NCBI GenBank assembly: GCA_016929435.1
Contig: JAFGIV010000026.1
Coordinates: forward strand, 30,097-94,096
Reading direction: 5' to 3'
DNA: 64,000 nt
Source of the DNA: Candidatus Uhrbacteria bacterium
Lineage (GTDB): Bacteria; Patescibacteriota; Patescibacteriia; SG8-24
The notes under the pieces were generated by a model. It was given only the letters and a program-made list of their open reading frames with translations, was not told the DNA's origin and did no database searches. Both the position numbers and the translations under genes were made by a program. Below are positions 10,542 through 20,202 of the stretch, in pieces; position 1 is the first letter of the stretch; each line of letters opens with the position of its first letter.

Positions 10542-11261
10542 ATGATCGAGATAAGTGACATCCGAAAGGCCTATCGGGTCGGGGACATCGAAACCCTGGC
10601 CCTGGACGGAGTCTCTTTCCGTATCGAGAAGGGGGATTTCGTGGCCATCATGGGCCAGTCCGGATCCGGCAAATCGACCCTGATGCACATTATCGGCTGT
10701 CTGGACTCGCCGACGTCCGGCCGGTATTTCCTCGGCGGCCATGACGTTTCCCGGATGACCGACGACGAGCTGTCGGACGTGCGGCGGGACCAGATCGGTT
10801 TCGTTTTTCAGGCCTTCAACCTCCTGCCGCGGGCCACGGCCATCCGAAACGTGTCCCTACCCCTGATTTACGCCAACGTCCTCCCCGAAGAGCGGGACCG
10901 CCGGGCCGGAGAGGCCCTGTTGGCCGCCGGCCTGCCGGAAGACCGCTGGCACCACCATTCCAACGAGCTGTCCGGCGGCCAGAAACAGCGGGTGGCCATC
11001 GCCCGGGCCCTGGTCAACAGTCCGGCCATCGTCCTGGCCGACGAGCCGACCGGTAACCTCGATTCCAAGACCGGGGAGGTGGTGTTGGAGACCTTCCGGC
11101 ACCTGAACTGCGACCTGGGACACACCATCCTGCTTATTACCCACGAACGTTACGTGGCCGAACACGCCGACCGGATCATCACCCTAAAGGACGGACGGAT
11201 CGTGTCCGACGAGGAGGTCCGGAGCAAGCATCCCTGTCCCGTTGAACGCCAAACGCCATGA
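10542..11261 (+). CDS. MacB/LolD-type ABC ATP-binding protein
   Basis: GQSGSGKS, LSGGQKQR and LADEPTGNLD motifs. Confidence 0.95.
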   Translation: MIEISDIRKAYRVGDIETLALDGVSFRIEKGDFVAIMGQSGSGKSTLMHIIGCLDSPTSGRYFLGGHDVSRMTDDELSDVRRDQIGFVFQAFNLLPRATAIRNVSLPLIYANVLPEERDRRAGEALLAAGLPEDRWHHHSNELSGGQKQRVAIARALVNSPAIVLADEPTGNLDSKTGEVVLETFRHLNCDLGHTILLITHERYVAEHADRIITLKDGRIVSDEEVRSKHPCPVERQTP

Positions 11262-12478
11262 GAATCGCCGATCTCTTCCAGGAAACCTATGACGCCGTTA
11301 CGGTCAACAAGGTCCGTTCCGGCCTGACCATGCTGGGCATCGTCATCGGCATCGGTTCGGTAATCGCCCTCCTGGCCATGGGACAGGGCGCCAAGAACTC
11401 CATTGAATCCAGCATCCAGTCGATCGGCTCCAACCTGCTGATGGTCCGGCCGGGAGCCATGAGGGCCGGCGGCGGCGTCAGTTCCGGACGCGGAAGTGCC
11501 CAAACGCTCACCATGGACGATGTCGAGGCCATTCGGGGACAGGCGACAGCCGTACGGGCCGTGGCTCCGGAAATCAGCGGCCGCTATCAGGTTACGGCCG
11601 CCGGCACCAACACCAACGTTTCGGTGTATGGGGTTACGGAGGAGTACCAATCCGTCAAGAGCCTGACGGTCGAGTCCGGGTCATTCGTCTCCGCCCAGAA
11701 CGAGAAGGGCCGCTCCAAGGTCGCCGTCCTCGGCTCGGCCACCCGGGACGACCTTTTCGGGGAGGGAAACGACCCGGTCGGATCGAAGATCAAGATCAAC
11801 AGGATCGAGTTCAAGGTCATCGGTGTCATGGCCGCCAAGGGCGGTTCCGGGTTTGGCAGTGCCGATGAGGCCATCTACGTTCCGCTTGCCACGGCCCAGC
11901 AATACCTCTCCAGCAGCAGGTACCTGTCGATGATCAACGTCGAGGCCGCAAGTGCCGAGGCCATGGACCTGGCCGAATCCGAGTTGACCGATATCCTGCT
12001 GGCTGCCCACGACATCACCGACCCGACCCTGGCGGACTTCATGGTAATGAGTCAGGCGGATATTGTAGAGACCGCCTCGTCGGTGACGGACACCTTCGTC
12101 ACCCTGTTGGCAGCTATCGCCGCCATCTCGCTCCTGGTCGGCGGTATCGGCATCATGAACATGATGCTGACCACCGTCACCGAAAGGACCCGTGAGATCG
12201 GCCTGCGTAAGGCGATTGGTGCCCGGCGGGAAGACATCGTCCGGCAGTTCCTGATGGAATCCCTGCTGCTGACATTTGTCGGCGGAGCGATCGGCATCGT
12301 CGTCGGCTGGCTGATCGCCCAGGCCGCCATCCGTTTCGCCTCCATCCAGGCCAGCGTCTCCCTATCGGCGGTCGTCATGGCCGTCGGCGTCTCGGTCGGC
12401 ATCGGAGTGATCTTCGGATACTATCCGGCCCAACGCGCCGCCAAGCTCCGGCCGATCGAGGCGCTCCGGTATGAGTAG
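11258..12478 (+). CDS. MacB/FtsX-type ABC permease
   Basis: RSGLTMLGIVIGIGSV, GGIGIMNMML..V.ERTREIG and PIEALRYE motifs. Confidence 0.95.
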   Translation: MRIADLFQETYDAVTVNKVRSGLTMLGIVIGIGSVIALLAMGQGAKNSIESSIQSIGSNLLMVRPGAMRAGGGVSSGRGSAQTLTMDDVEAIRGQATAVRAVAPEISGRYQVTAAGTNTNVSVYGVTEEYQSVKSLTVESGSFVSAQNEKGRSKVAVLGSATRDDLFGEGNDPVGSKIKINRIEFKVIGVMAAKGGSGFGSADEAIYVPLATAQQYLSSSRYLSMINVEAASAEAMDLAESELTDILLAAHDITDPTLADFMVMSQADIVETASSVTDTFVTLLAAIAAISLLVGGIGIMNMMLTTVTERTREIGLRKAIGARREDIVRQFLMESLLLTFVGGAIGIVVGWLIAQAAIRFASIQASVSLSAVVMAVGVSVGIGVIFGYYPAQRAAKLRPIEALRYE

Positions 12479-12538
12479 GGCTTCACCCCTTGATCCCCCG
12501 GAACGGGTATTTAGGAATAATAAGCATAATTTTAAAAT

Positions 12539-13054
12539 ATGACCGATATGCACAGCAAAACAATCATCAGCTATGTCTTGACGGCCGTCATCGCCGCCGG
12601 GATAGGATTCGGCGGGGGAACCATCTACCAGAAAAACCAGGCATCGGCCGGATCGCGGATCGGCGGCAGTTTCGATCCGCAAACCATGATGAACATGCCG
12701 GCTGGCGATCGCCAGGGCCTCCGGGGCGGCCAGGCCGACGGCCTGACCAAAATGCGGGGCGGGGCCGGGATGAGCGCCGGCACGATCAAGGAGAGGACCG
12801 ACACCACCCTGACCGTCACCCTCGGCACGGACGGATCGCAGTTGGTCATAGTGACCGACAAGACGGCCATCTCCAAGCCGGCCGAAATCAGCCTTTCGGA
12901 GTTGAAGGCAGGGGATAACGTCTTCGTCAGCGGCCAGACCAATTCCGACGGCAGCCTGACGGCCGATTCAATCCAGGTTCGGATGGACGGCGAGGGATTT
13001 GGCGGCGGTCCGGGGATGGTGCGCCCGCCGACCGGTGAGGTGCCGGTGCGGTAA
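12539..13054 (+). CDS. Membrane-anchored DUF5666-like protein associated with the ABC exporter
   Basis: N-terminal TM, Gly-rich linker, LKAGDNVFVSG..NSDGSLTADSIQV OB-like motif. Confidence 0.65.
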   Translation: MTDMHSKTIISYVLTAVIAAGIGFGGGTIYQKNQASAGSRIGGSFDPQTMMNMPAGDRQGLRGGQADGLTKMRGGAGMSAGTIKERTDTTLTVTLGTDGSQLVIVTDKTAISKPAEISLSELKAGDNVFVSGQTNSDGSLTADSIQVRMDGEGFGGGPGMVRPPTGEVPVR

Positions 13055-13468
13055 GGCGGAGACCACCGAGGAAAGGCGGTCGAACTTGTGAGCCGGGGAC
13101 TGTCCCTTGCCTTATCTCCCGCGGACTTTCACTGAAATTAAGCCTATTTGGCGTTGCAAAACGCCTCAAGAAGGGCCTTTCGGCAGGAAAACGAGGGACG
13201 GGTTTGAGCCTAAAAAAGGCACTCTCCGGGCCAAGACCCGGGAGTTTTAGTTGCCAAATAGAGATTTTCTGCGGGCAATTCGCCTCATGTGATAGCCGTG
13301 GCCCGGCATTTTTTGTCTTTATCCACAACCCATCAATTGAGAAACGTGTCAGTTTTTTCTTTTTTTATGCGAAAAAGCCCGTTTTTAGCCAAAAAACCGT
13401 CCTTGACCGCATTTTTCGTTTCTTTAGGGTAGTCGCTGAAGTCCGTTAAAAACAACAAGGAGGTAAGA

Positions 13469-14161
13469 ATGGACAGGGAATCGGTTTTAAGGGAAATGGG
13501 TTTCGTGCGGCTGGAGGGCGGTCCGGTGAGGATGGGGACGGAAACGCCGTTGCCGTGCCGTCTGGAGGGGTACAGGCACAACGAGACGCCTGTTTTCGGG
13601 AGTGTCACGGGTCCTTTCTGGATGGCCCGCACCTGCGTTTCCAACATCGAATACGAGCGCCACGATCGGAGATACCCCAGGCTTCCGATCGCACCGCACG
13701 ATCGGCATCCGGCGGTGAACGTCACCTACCTGAACGCTCTGGACTATTGCCGGAAGCTTTCCGAAAGGGTCGGCCTGCCACTTACCCTTCCGACAGAAGC
13801 GCAATGGGTTTTTGCGGCTGCCCCGTCAGGAACGGAATTCCCCTGGGGAAACCGTCCGGATCGCCGGAAGGCCCTGACGCGGGGCTTCGGCACGGTCGGA
13901 CCGGCGACCGTCGATTCTGACGACCGCTACCTTAACCGGTGCGGCCTGTTCCACATCTGCGGAAACGTCTCCCAGTTCACCTTGGGGGACTATGACGCCC
14001 CGGGACACGGCGGTTTCCTGACCGACGGCCGGTATTGCGTCGTCAGGGGAGGGAACTGGGCACTGTGTCCCTGGTCGGCCGGAGTGCATCGGCGAGGAAT
14101 CGTTGACGTGGCCGCCCGGATGCCGACGGTGGGGTTTCGCCTGGTCTGTAACGGTTGGTAG
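13469..14161 (+). CDS. FGE-sulfatase (SUMF1/EgtB-like) domain protein
   Basis: HPAVNVTY, LPTEAQW, FPWG, GLFHICGNV and RGGNW...GFRLV motifs; AAGGAGG RBS upstream. Confidence 0.88.
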   Translation: MDRESVLREMGFVRLEGGPVRMGTETPLPCRLEGYRHNETPVFGSVTGPFWMARTCVSNIEYERHDRRYPRLPIAPHDRHPAVNVTYLNALDYCRKLSERVGLPLTLPTEAQWVFAAAPSGTEFPWGNRPDRRKALTRGFGTVGPATVDSDDRYLNRCGLFHICGNVSQFTLGDYDAPGHGGFLTDGRYCVVRGGNWALCPWSAGVHRRGIVDVAARMPTVGFRLVCNGW

Positions 14162-14171
14162 GATTCTTCTT

Positions 14172-14196
14172 AAAAAGAGCCTTTTCGGCTCTTTTT
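14172..14196. terminator. Bidirectional intrinsic terminator
   Basis: AAAAAGAGCC-ttttc-GGCTCTTTTT between convergent genes. Confidence 0.75.
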
Positions 14197-14223
14197 TACT
14201 CTCCCGCCCCCGAAATCCCCTGC

Positions 14224-15090
14224 CTACGGAGCCATCCTGGCCACCGTCTCGGCCGTGAAGCGGTGTCCGGGCCGGTACACCTCCACCCTTCCGGCCAGGC
14301 GCAGACCCAACAGGGAAATGTCGCCCAGGAAATCCAGCAGCTTGTGGGTGGCCGGCTCGTTCGGGAACCTGAGGGGAGTCAGGAAACGGCCTTCGGTATA
14401 GGTAATGAGCGGCGATTCGCTCGGGTCTTCCGGCAGGATCGGGTAGATGCTTCGGACCCTTTCCCACTTGTCGCTGTCGCCGTCCGCCAGCGGGGAGGAC
14501 ATGAAGCTCCTGGCCGGGGCAACGGCGTCCGCATAGTTACCGTCACCGGAATCGTATCGAACGGTCGCCTTTCCTATCGGGTCCGGAAAGTCGATGTGGC
14601 ATTCGACCGTCAGGCGGTCGTGCGGGGTGGGGGACAGGATCGCCGTTTCCCCTCCCGGTCCGAAAAACGTCTCCCGCTCGGTGATTTTCGCCAGCCGTCT
14701 CCTTTCCGGCAGTTCCCGCACTCCGGCATGGACGATCAGGCGACAGAACCAGTCGGCGGAGAAGTCCCGGAAGGGGATTCCGCAGCGCTTCAGCTCGATG
14801 GCGGCGTTGTCTATGCCCAAACCGTAGAGGGCGGACAGGAGATGTTCGACCGTCCGGACATGGGCCTCCCCGTTCCGCAGGCTGGTGGTGTGGTGCCTTT
14901 CCTGGCGGCAGAGGTTGGCGATGCAGGCCCGTACCGGCCCCTGCGGGGTCCTGAAGACGATTCCGTGGTTAGCCGGGGCAGGGCGGATTTCGGCCACGCA
15001 ATCCCTGAAGTCGTTGGCTGAAATGCCGCAGAGCCGCACCGGACGGGCAATGGTTGCCTGATTTTGGGAACTGACGATTGTTTCCATCAT
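14224..15090 (-). CDS. lpxC: LpxC-family Zn-dependent UDP-GlcNAc deacetylase homologue
   Basis: QATIARPV..GI, GIVF, TVEHLLSALYGLGIDN, HKLLDFLGD and GH motifs; family clear, function uncertain. Confidence 0.8.
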   Translation of the reverse strand: MMETIVSSQNQATIARPVRLCGISANDFRDCVAEIRPAPANHGIVFRTPQGPVRACIANLCRQERHHTTSLRNGEAHVRTVEHLLSALYGLGIDNAAIELKRCGIPFRDFSADWFCRLIVHAGVRELPERRRLAKITERETFFGPGGETAILSPTPHDRLTVECHIDFPDPIGKATVRYDSGDGNYADAVAPARSFMSSPLADGDSDKWERVRSIYPILPEDPSESPLITYTEGRFLTPLRFPNEPATHKLLDFLGDISLLGLRLAGRVEVYRPGHRFTAETVARMAP

Positions 15091-15369
15091 ATTTCGGTTG
15101 GTTTTGATTTATTGTCGCGAAGAACATAGGCCTGAAAACAACCCGTGTCAACATCTATCGGATAAACAAAATTACGCCGTATTTAGCGTAATTTTCCAAT
15201 TCATCCGGTCTGGTTCGGGTATTTTGGGAACGAAAATCGCCTGTTTGCCTGTGGATAATTTCAGGACTTGGATTTCGTCTGGAATAACCTATAATGTTAA
15301 AAGTGATTTGGATGGCATCATTGGCGGACTAAGGAAACACAAAAAAAACTACTCAATAGATGTTTGTTT

Positions 15370-15702
15370 ATGAAACGACACGAGATGAAACTGGCGAAAG
15401 TCCCGTTCGACAAGTTGGCGGCCGGGGTGAAGACCGTCGAATCCCGGCTCTACGACGACAAGAGAAGGGGCGTGGCCGTCGGCGACGAGATCGTCTTCAG
15501 GCTCAACGAAAATCCCGAAGTGACGGTAACCAGGAGGGTGGTGTCCCTGCACGTCTATCCGAACTTCAGGTCAATGATGGCCGATCTGCCCGCCGGCCGT
15601 TTCGGCTGGGATACGGCGGAGGAGGCGACGGCGGAAATCGAGCGTCACTATTTCGCGGAAGACCAGGAAAAATTCGGGGTCATCGGCATCGGGTTGGGTT
15701 GA
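15370..15702 (+). CDS. ASCH domain protein
   Basis: HEMKL...F..LAAGVKTVESRLYDDKRR...GDEIVF. Confidence 0.88.
   Translation: MKRHEMKLAKVPFDKLAAGVKTVESRLYDDKRRGVAVGDEIVFRLNENPEVTVTRRVVSLHVYPNFRSMMADLPAGRFGWDTAEEATAEIERHYFAEDQEKFGVIGIGLG
15670..15702 (+). repeat. 33-bp direct repeat, copy 1 (3' end of the ASCH gene)
   Basis: AAATTCGGGGTCATCGGCATCGGGTTGGGTTGA; 32/33 identical to 17299-17331. Confidence 0.9.
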
Positions 15703-15733
15703 AAAACCCGCCGGTATATTACCGGCGGGTTTT
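15703..15733. terminator. Bidirectional intrinsic terminator
   Basis: AAAACCCGCCGGTA-tat-TACCGGCGGGTTTT between convergent genes. Confidence 0.8.
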
Positions 15734-15742
15734 CACGACACT

Positions 15743-17098
15743 TCACGGAAATGTACGAAATTCAATTACGATTACGCCCAAAGCTTCCTTCTGATCACCG
15801 TAAAACGACTTTAGGATACCGAAAGCTGTTGTGGCAGAATCAGCATCAGGAACTATCTTACCGAAAGGTTCGTTTTTCAATGTCTCTTTGAAACTTGGAT
15901 ATTCTCGTTTGTCTATCACCTTAACGATCAGGGATTCCTCGTACGTCAAGAAACGAATGTTTTCCCCTTTTTTAATTCCTCTGATCGTATCGTAACCGAC
16001 GCGTACTTCAAGCGTTTTCTCGCCGGACTTTATGAAGTCAAAGAATCGTTTTTTTACACGAATTGTTCGTAAGGTATCCTGATTGATATCAAGACTCCAC
16101 TGTTGGGTTACGACATCGGATCGATATGCAGCCGGCAAAATGGCATCGATTTTCCAGCCGTGATGTTGGAGACACACAACCTCAGACGTCGTTGGGGTTA
16201 TGTGCAAATACAATTTACGTCCTCCATAGCCCGACAATTGGAATGGCAAATCGCTCAATAGGGCATTGAAGGCAAGGTCGTTTGAGGCTATCAGGGGCAT
16301 TAATTTGATGAGCGTTCCTTTTTTTGGGATAGCGGCTGCCACCCCTATTACCTTACCCTCGAAATCTGACGCCACAAAGATGAGCTTGTATTTGGAGTTA
16401 ACATCACCGGAGTCTCTGCGCCCGTATCCGGCAAATAGACTCTTAATCCAGACGTCGTCGATTCCGCTGAATGTTTTCGGTAGGGTGCTCAGGATTAATT
16501 GACGCACTTGTCCCATATCCTTGTCCTCTAACGGGAGAACGGAAATGGCTGGTATGTCTTTCTTGATCAGCGCCTCGTTTTCAGACAGTATCTTGTAAAA
16601 CATCAGTTCCCGACTATCCTTTTTGTAGTGACTATATGAACTTCCGGCACACACGAACCCTTGCCGAAGAAAGAAATTCGTGGCCGCCCGATTTTCCTCT
16701 GCTACAGTGCAATACAATTGTCTGGCACTTCGTTTTCGAACATAATTTTCGACATGGGCGTATAGTGCATATCCCAAACCGCACACACCTCGAAATTCTT
16801 CGGAAACTATGAGGGGACTGATTTTATATGTTTGTTGTCGTTTCCCGACCACATGAATCACACCCGCAAGTTGTCCATCGATTTCCCCGACGAACATTCG
16901 TTGTTCGTGAGAGAAGAAACCAATGTGGTCTCGTCCTCCGGCAAGATGCGTACGAATTATCCGCCGGGCACGAGCCTGATGATCGCCATCATAATATGCG
17001 GTCAGAACGCGGACCATGAGATTTGTCACCCAAGTTTCATCGTCGGCTTTTGCCTCTCTAATGTTAATGTACGGTTTTGTTTCCGTTTTCTTTACCAT
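15743..17098 (-). CDS. GNAT acetyltransferase (tandem GNAT-like) fused to a C-terminal ASCH domain
   Basis: LIVSEEFRGVCGLG acetyl-CoA motif, N..A..FF.RQGF; C-terminal FDFIKSGEKTLEVR..GENIRF; visibly lower GC than the flanks. Confidence 0.8.
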   Translation of the reverse strand: MVKKTETKPYINIREAKADDETWVTNLMVRVLTAYYDGDHQARARRIIRTHLAGGRDHIGFFSHEQRMFVGEIDGQLAGVIHVVGKRQQTYKISPLIVSEEFRGVCGLGYALYAHVENYVRKRSARQLYCTVAEENRAATNFFLRQGFVCAGSSYSHYKKDSRELMFYKILSENEALIKKDIPAISVLPLEDKDMGQVRQLILSTLPKTFSGIDDVWIKSLFAGYGRRDSGDVNSKYKLIFVASDFEGKVIGVAAAIPKKGTLIKLMPLIASNDLAFNALLSDLPFQLSGYGGRKLYLHITPTTSEVVCLQHHGWKIDAILPAAYRSDVVTQQWSLDINQDTLRTIRVKKRFFDFIKSGEKTLEVRVGYDTIRGIKKGENIRFLTYEESLIVKVIDKREYPSFKETLKNEPFGKIVPDADSATTAFGILKSFYGDQKEALGVIVIEFRTFP

Positions 17099-17211
17099 TT
17101 CTCAACCATCCTTTCTTTCCTCTTTGCTTCTGAACTTTTATGTACTTAAACAAATTTATCTAATTAAGTCAACCCCTCCCCACGTAAAGGGCATAATCAG
17201 AAACGTATGGT

Positions 17212-17331
17212 ATGGCAAAATACACGGATCAGGGCCTCGAATACCGGGTGCTCGGGACCGTCAAGAACGGAATGAAGGTTATCGCCGAGATCAAGATGAA
17301 ATTCGGGGTCATCGGCATCGGGTTGGGGTGA
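17212..17331 (+). other. 39-aa ORF or chimeric remnant ending in repeat copy 2 (17299-17331)
   Basis: MAKYTDQGLEYRVLGTVKNGMKVIAEIKMKFGVIGIGLG*; shares the KFGVIGIGLG* end with the ASCH gene. Confidence 0.5.
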
Positions 17332-17418
17332 GGGTGGGGGTCAGCGGCAACAAAAAGGGCACTTTTGTTTCCGCAAACCGTTTTGCGTCAACAAATATGG
17401 GCGACATTTCGGATTTAT

Positions 17419-20103
17419 TTATTCGTTCAAGATTTCGCTTACTTTTTTGATGGGTGCCCGGAAACGAACGTCTTTGAACTCGGCGAAGTGCCTTTCTCCA
17501 CAAAGCATCTTCATTTGTTCCCTGTCTCGCAGGTTCAAGTCATTTATATCGATCGTTGATTTGGTTTCCGCCACGAAATAGATTTTCTTGTCCCCGTTCA
17601 TCACTATGGCCCAATCCGGGTTGTATTTTCCGATCGGCGTCTCGATCCTGAACCAATAGGGGAGCTTGAAGTAGAACTGGATATCCTCATTTGATTCCAG
17701 GTCTGCGGCAAAACTTTTCTCGATCGCTGAGTCACAGGCAATGTTGTCGAACAGCGTCTTACCGGGATCGGAAACCGAAAAGTTTAGGGGGTCACCCAGA
17801 TAGGCGTAAAGCTCCTCATTTTCGAATTTCTGCATCTCCCATTCCTGTCCGGTAATCTTTTCGTACTTGATCCCGTCTATCATCATCCTGTTTAGGACCG
17901 TGTTGATGGCCGAAACCGCTCCTTCGATGAATTGCTGCGGGTTGACGATGATGTCCGCACCCCGCCCCGACGCCTTGACGATCTCCAGGATGGTGTCCTT
18001 AGTCAGCTTGGTGTGGTCCTGAATTCGGCCCAGGATATCGGGGATCGGCATGGCCCGGGCGTTAAGCCTCTTCGTTTTCGGCTGCCGTTTCATCTTGCCG
18101 ACCACGCCGGTCTCGGCGCTCATCTCCAATGCGGCCCGCCTGGTGACGATGTTCGGGGCCGTCACCGGAATTTCCTTAAGCAATTCGGACGCTTTCCTGA
18201 CCAGTTCTCCGGAATCGTAGTCGACTTGGTAGCGGGTGCGGTGCTTGATGCGGTTCCAGAGATCAAGGAAATTCTGGTCCAGGGCATACCCTTTCCTGAG
18301 TCGGGCGACGACTCGGTTCTGCCGGTTCTTGATTCGGTTGTCGAATCTGACCCCGCTTTCGTCCTCAATTTCCTGCTGGAGCCTTTTTGCGAAATCCTCG
18401 TAGCTTTCGTTGGCCACGACGGTCAGAATGTTTATGCTGTCGTCGAAGATGCGCTGGCCGTCCTGATTGACCGGCAGGCGCATGCCCCGGCCTATCTCCT
18501 GACGTTTCTTCATATCCGATTTCGTCTCGTTCAGGGTGCAGATCTGGAATACGTTAGGATTGTCCCAACCTTCCCGCAGGGCGGAGTGGGAAAAGATGAA
18601 GCGTATCGGTTCGTCCAAAGATAGGAGCCGTTCCTTGTCCTTCATGATCAGGCTGTAGGTATCGTCATCGGCGGCGGTGTTTCCGTTGGTGTCCCTTAGC
18701 CCTTTCTTGTCCACGGAAAAGTACCCGCCGTGGATCTTCTCGGGCGCATGTCCGACCAGTCCGTGGTATTTCGGGTTGGCCTGCATCTTCCGCACGGCAC
18801 CCTCGAACCAGACGGCGATCTTGCCCTTGCCGACCGTCCCGTCTTCTCCGTAGGTGCGGTAGTTGGCCACCCGATCGATGAAGAAAAGGGTCAGGGCCTT
18901 GATGCCCTTGCCCGCCAATTCCAGTTCCTTGTCGAAATGGTTCTCTACGGCCTTAGCCACCTGATAGCGCATCACCTCATCCTTCAGGACATCGTTGTCC
19001 TGTCCGGACCGGAAAACCTGGCCGTTGCTGAAAGTCACGGTTTGGCTATCGACATCGATCTCGTCCACGATGAAGCCGTCCCGGTACAGTTCCCGGCCGT
19101 TTGACAGGCGGAACAGGTCGGAACCGGCCCAAACGGTGACCGTTTTCCGCTCCACCCGCCCCTTACCGCCGCTTTTGTCCGCATCAACGGCAATCTTGGC
19201 CGTAACGACGTTCTTTTTCGACGTTATCGAATCGACCGCCACGAAGGCCTGGTTGATGTCCGCTTCGGCCATCACCGAATCGACCTCGATCCTCTTGACC
19301 AGGCCCAAATCATAGGCCTGGACCGGGTCGAGCCTATACACCTGGTTATAGGGGTTCTTGTGGGTCGCGGAATAGCGGAGGGTGCAGAGGGGATTGAGGT
19401 TCTCGATCGCCTTTCGGCGGATGTCGGTTTCCATGTTCTGCGGTTCGTCCACAATCACGATCGGCCGCACCCCCCTGATGCATTCGATCGGTACGCCCCA
19501 GTCGCTGTCCTGATAGATGATGTTCTGCCCCCGCTTGGACTCGCTGAACTTGGCGAACGAGTCGATGTTGATGACCAGCACCTGTAGGGCGTCGTTCGTG
19601 GCGAAGGCCTTCATCTGCCCCCGTTTTTTCGGGTCATAAACGTGAAAATCGACCTTGGGGCGGCCGTAGATCAGGTCGAAATGGTCCCTGGTGATCTCCA
19701 GGTTCTTCCAGACCCCCTCCTTGACGGCCAAACCGGGAACGACGACGATGAATTTGCGGAAACCGTGCTTCCGGTGAAGTTCATGGATGGTGCGGAGATA
19801 GACGTAGGTCTTCCCGGTGCCGGTTTCCATCTCCACCGTGAAATCTTTCCCCTTCAGCCGGTCCGCCGCCACTAACCCGTTCCGTGCCTGAATCTCCCTC
19901 AGGTTGTTCAACAGAAGCCCCTCATCCAGTCCGGATCCGTTTCCGATGATGAATTCGTTGCAGATCATCATCTGGGCGGTGGGGGACTGAAGCGCCACGC
20001 CGAAATCGTCGTCCCCGAAAGGAACCTGTCCCCGGAACAGGTCGGTCACGGCCTCGATGGCCTTCAGCTGGTATTCCTGTGTGGCGTCGAACTGGAGTTT
20101 CAT
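17419..20103 (-). CDS. res: Type III restriction enzyme Res subunit
   Basis: MKLQF start, EMETGTGKTYVY, DEPQ, RYSATH, LREGWDNPNVFQIC, QEIGRGMRL, and C-terminal YNPDWA..ETK nuclease. Confidence 0.95.
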   Translation of the reverse strand: MKLQFDATQEYQLKAIEAVTDLFRGQVPFGDDDFGVALQSPTAQMMICNEFIIGNGSGLDEGLLLNNLREIQARNGLVAADRLKGKDFTVEMETGTGKTYVYLRTIHELHRKHGFRKFIVVVPGLAVKEGVWKNLEITRDHFDLIYGRPKVDFHVYDPKKRGQMKAFATNDALQVLVINIDSFAKFSESKRGQNIIYQDSDWGVPIECIRGVRPIVIVDEPQNMETDIRRKAIENLNPLCTLRYSATHKNPYNQVYRLDPVQAYDLGLVKRIEVDSVMAEADINQAFVAVDSITSKKNVVTAKIAVDADKSGGKGRVERKTVTVWAGSDLFRLSNGRELYRDGFIVDEIDVDSQTVTFSNGQVFRSGQDNDVLKDEVMRYQVAKAVENHFDKELELAGKGIKALTLFFIDRVANYRTYGEDGTVGKGKIAVWFEGAVRKMQANPKYHGLVGHAPEKIHGGYFSVDKKGLRDTNGNTAADDDTYSLIMKDKERLLSLDEPIRFIFSHSALREGWDNPNVFQICTLNETKSDMKKRQEIGRGMRLPVNQDGQRIFDDSINILTVVANESYEDFAKRLQQEIEDESGVRFDNRIKNRQNRVVARLRKGYALDQNFLDLWNRIKHRTRYQVDYDSGELVRKASELLKEIPVTAPNIVTRRAALEMSAETGVVGKMKRQPKTKRLNARAMPIPDILGRIQDHTKLTKDTILEIVKASGRGADIIVNPQQFIEGAVSAINTVLNRMMIDGIKYEKITGQEWEMQKFENEELYAYLGDPLNFSVSDPGKTLFDNIACDSAIEKSFAADLESNEDIQFYFKLPYWFRIETPIGKYNPDWAIVMNGDKKIYFVAETKSTIDINDLNLRDREQMKMLCGERHFAEFKDVRFRAPIKKVSEILNE

Positions 20104-20202
20104 AGGCTTTTTTAGGGTCGGTGCAAAGAGAATCATCTTATTTTGGCTAAAATTAGCCAAGCATATTTCTCTTTGCATTTGCGTTTGCAAAGAGGATTTA
20201 TT

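Noticed and set aside
13469-14161. Diversity-generating retroelement around the FGE-fold gene
   Set aside because: No reverse transcriptase and no adenine-variant template repeat seen in the window
15277-15304. Second dif-like site (GGAATAACCTATAATGTTAAAA)
   Set aside because: Arms and spacer do not register as 11-6-11; better explained as the TATAAT -10 element of the ASCH promoter
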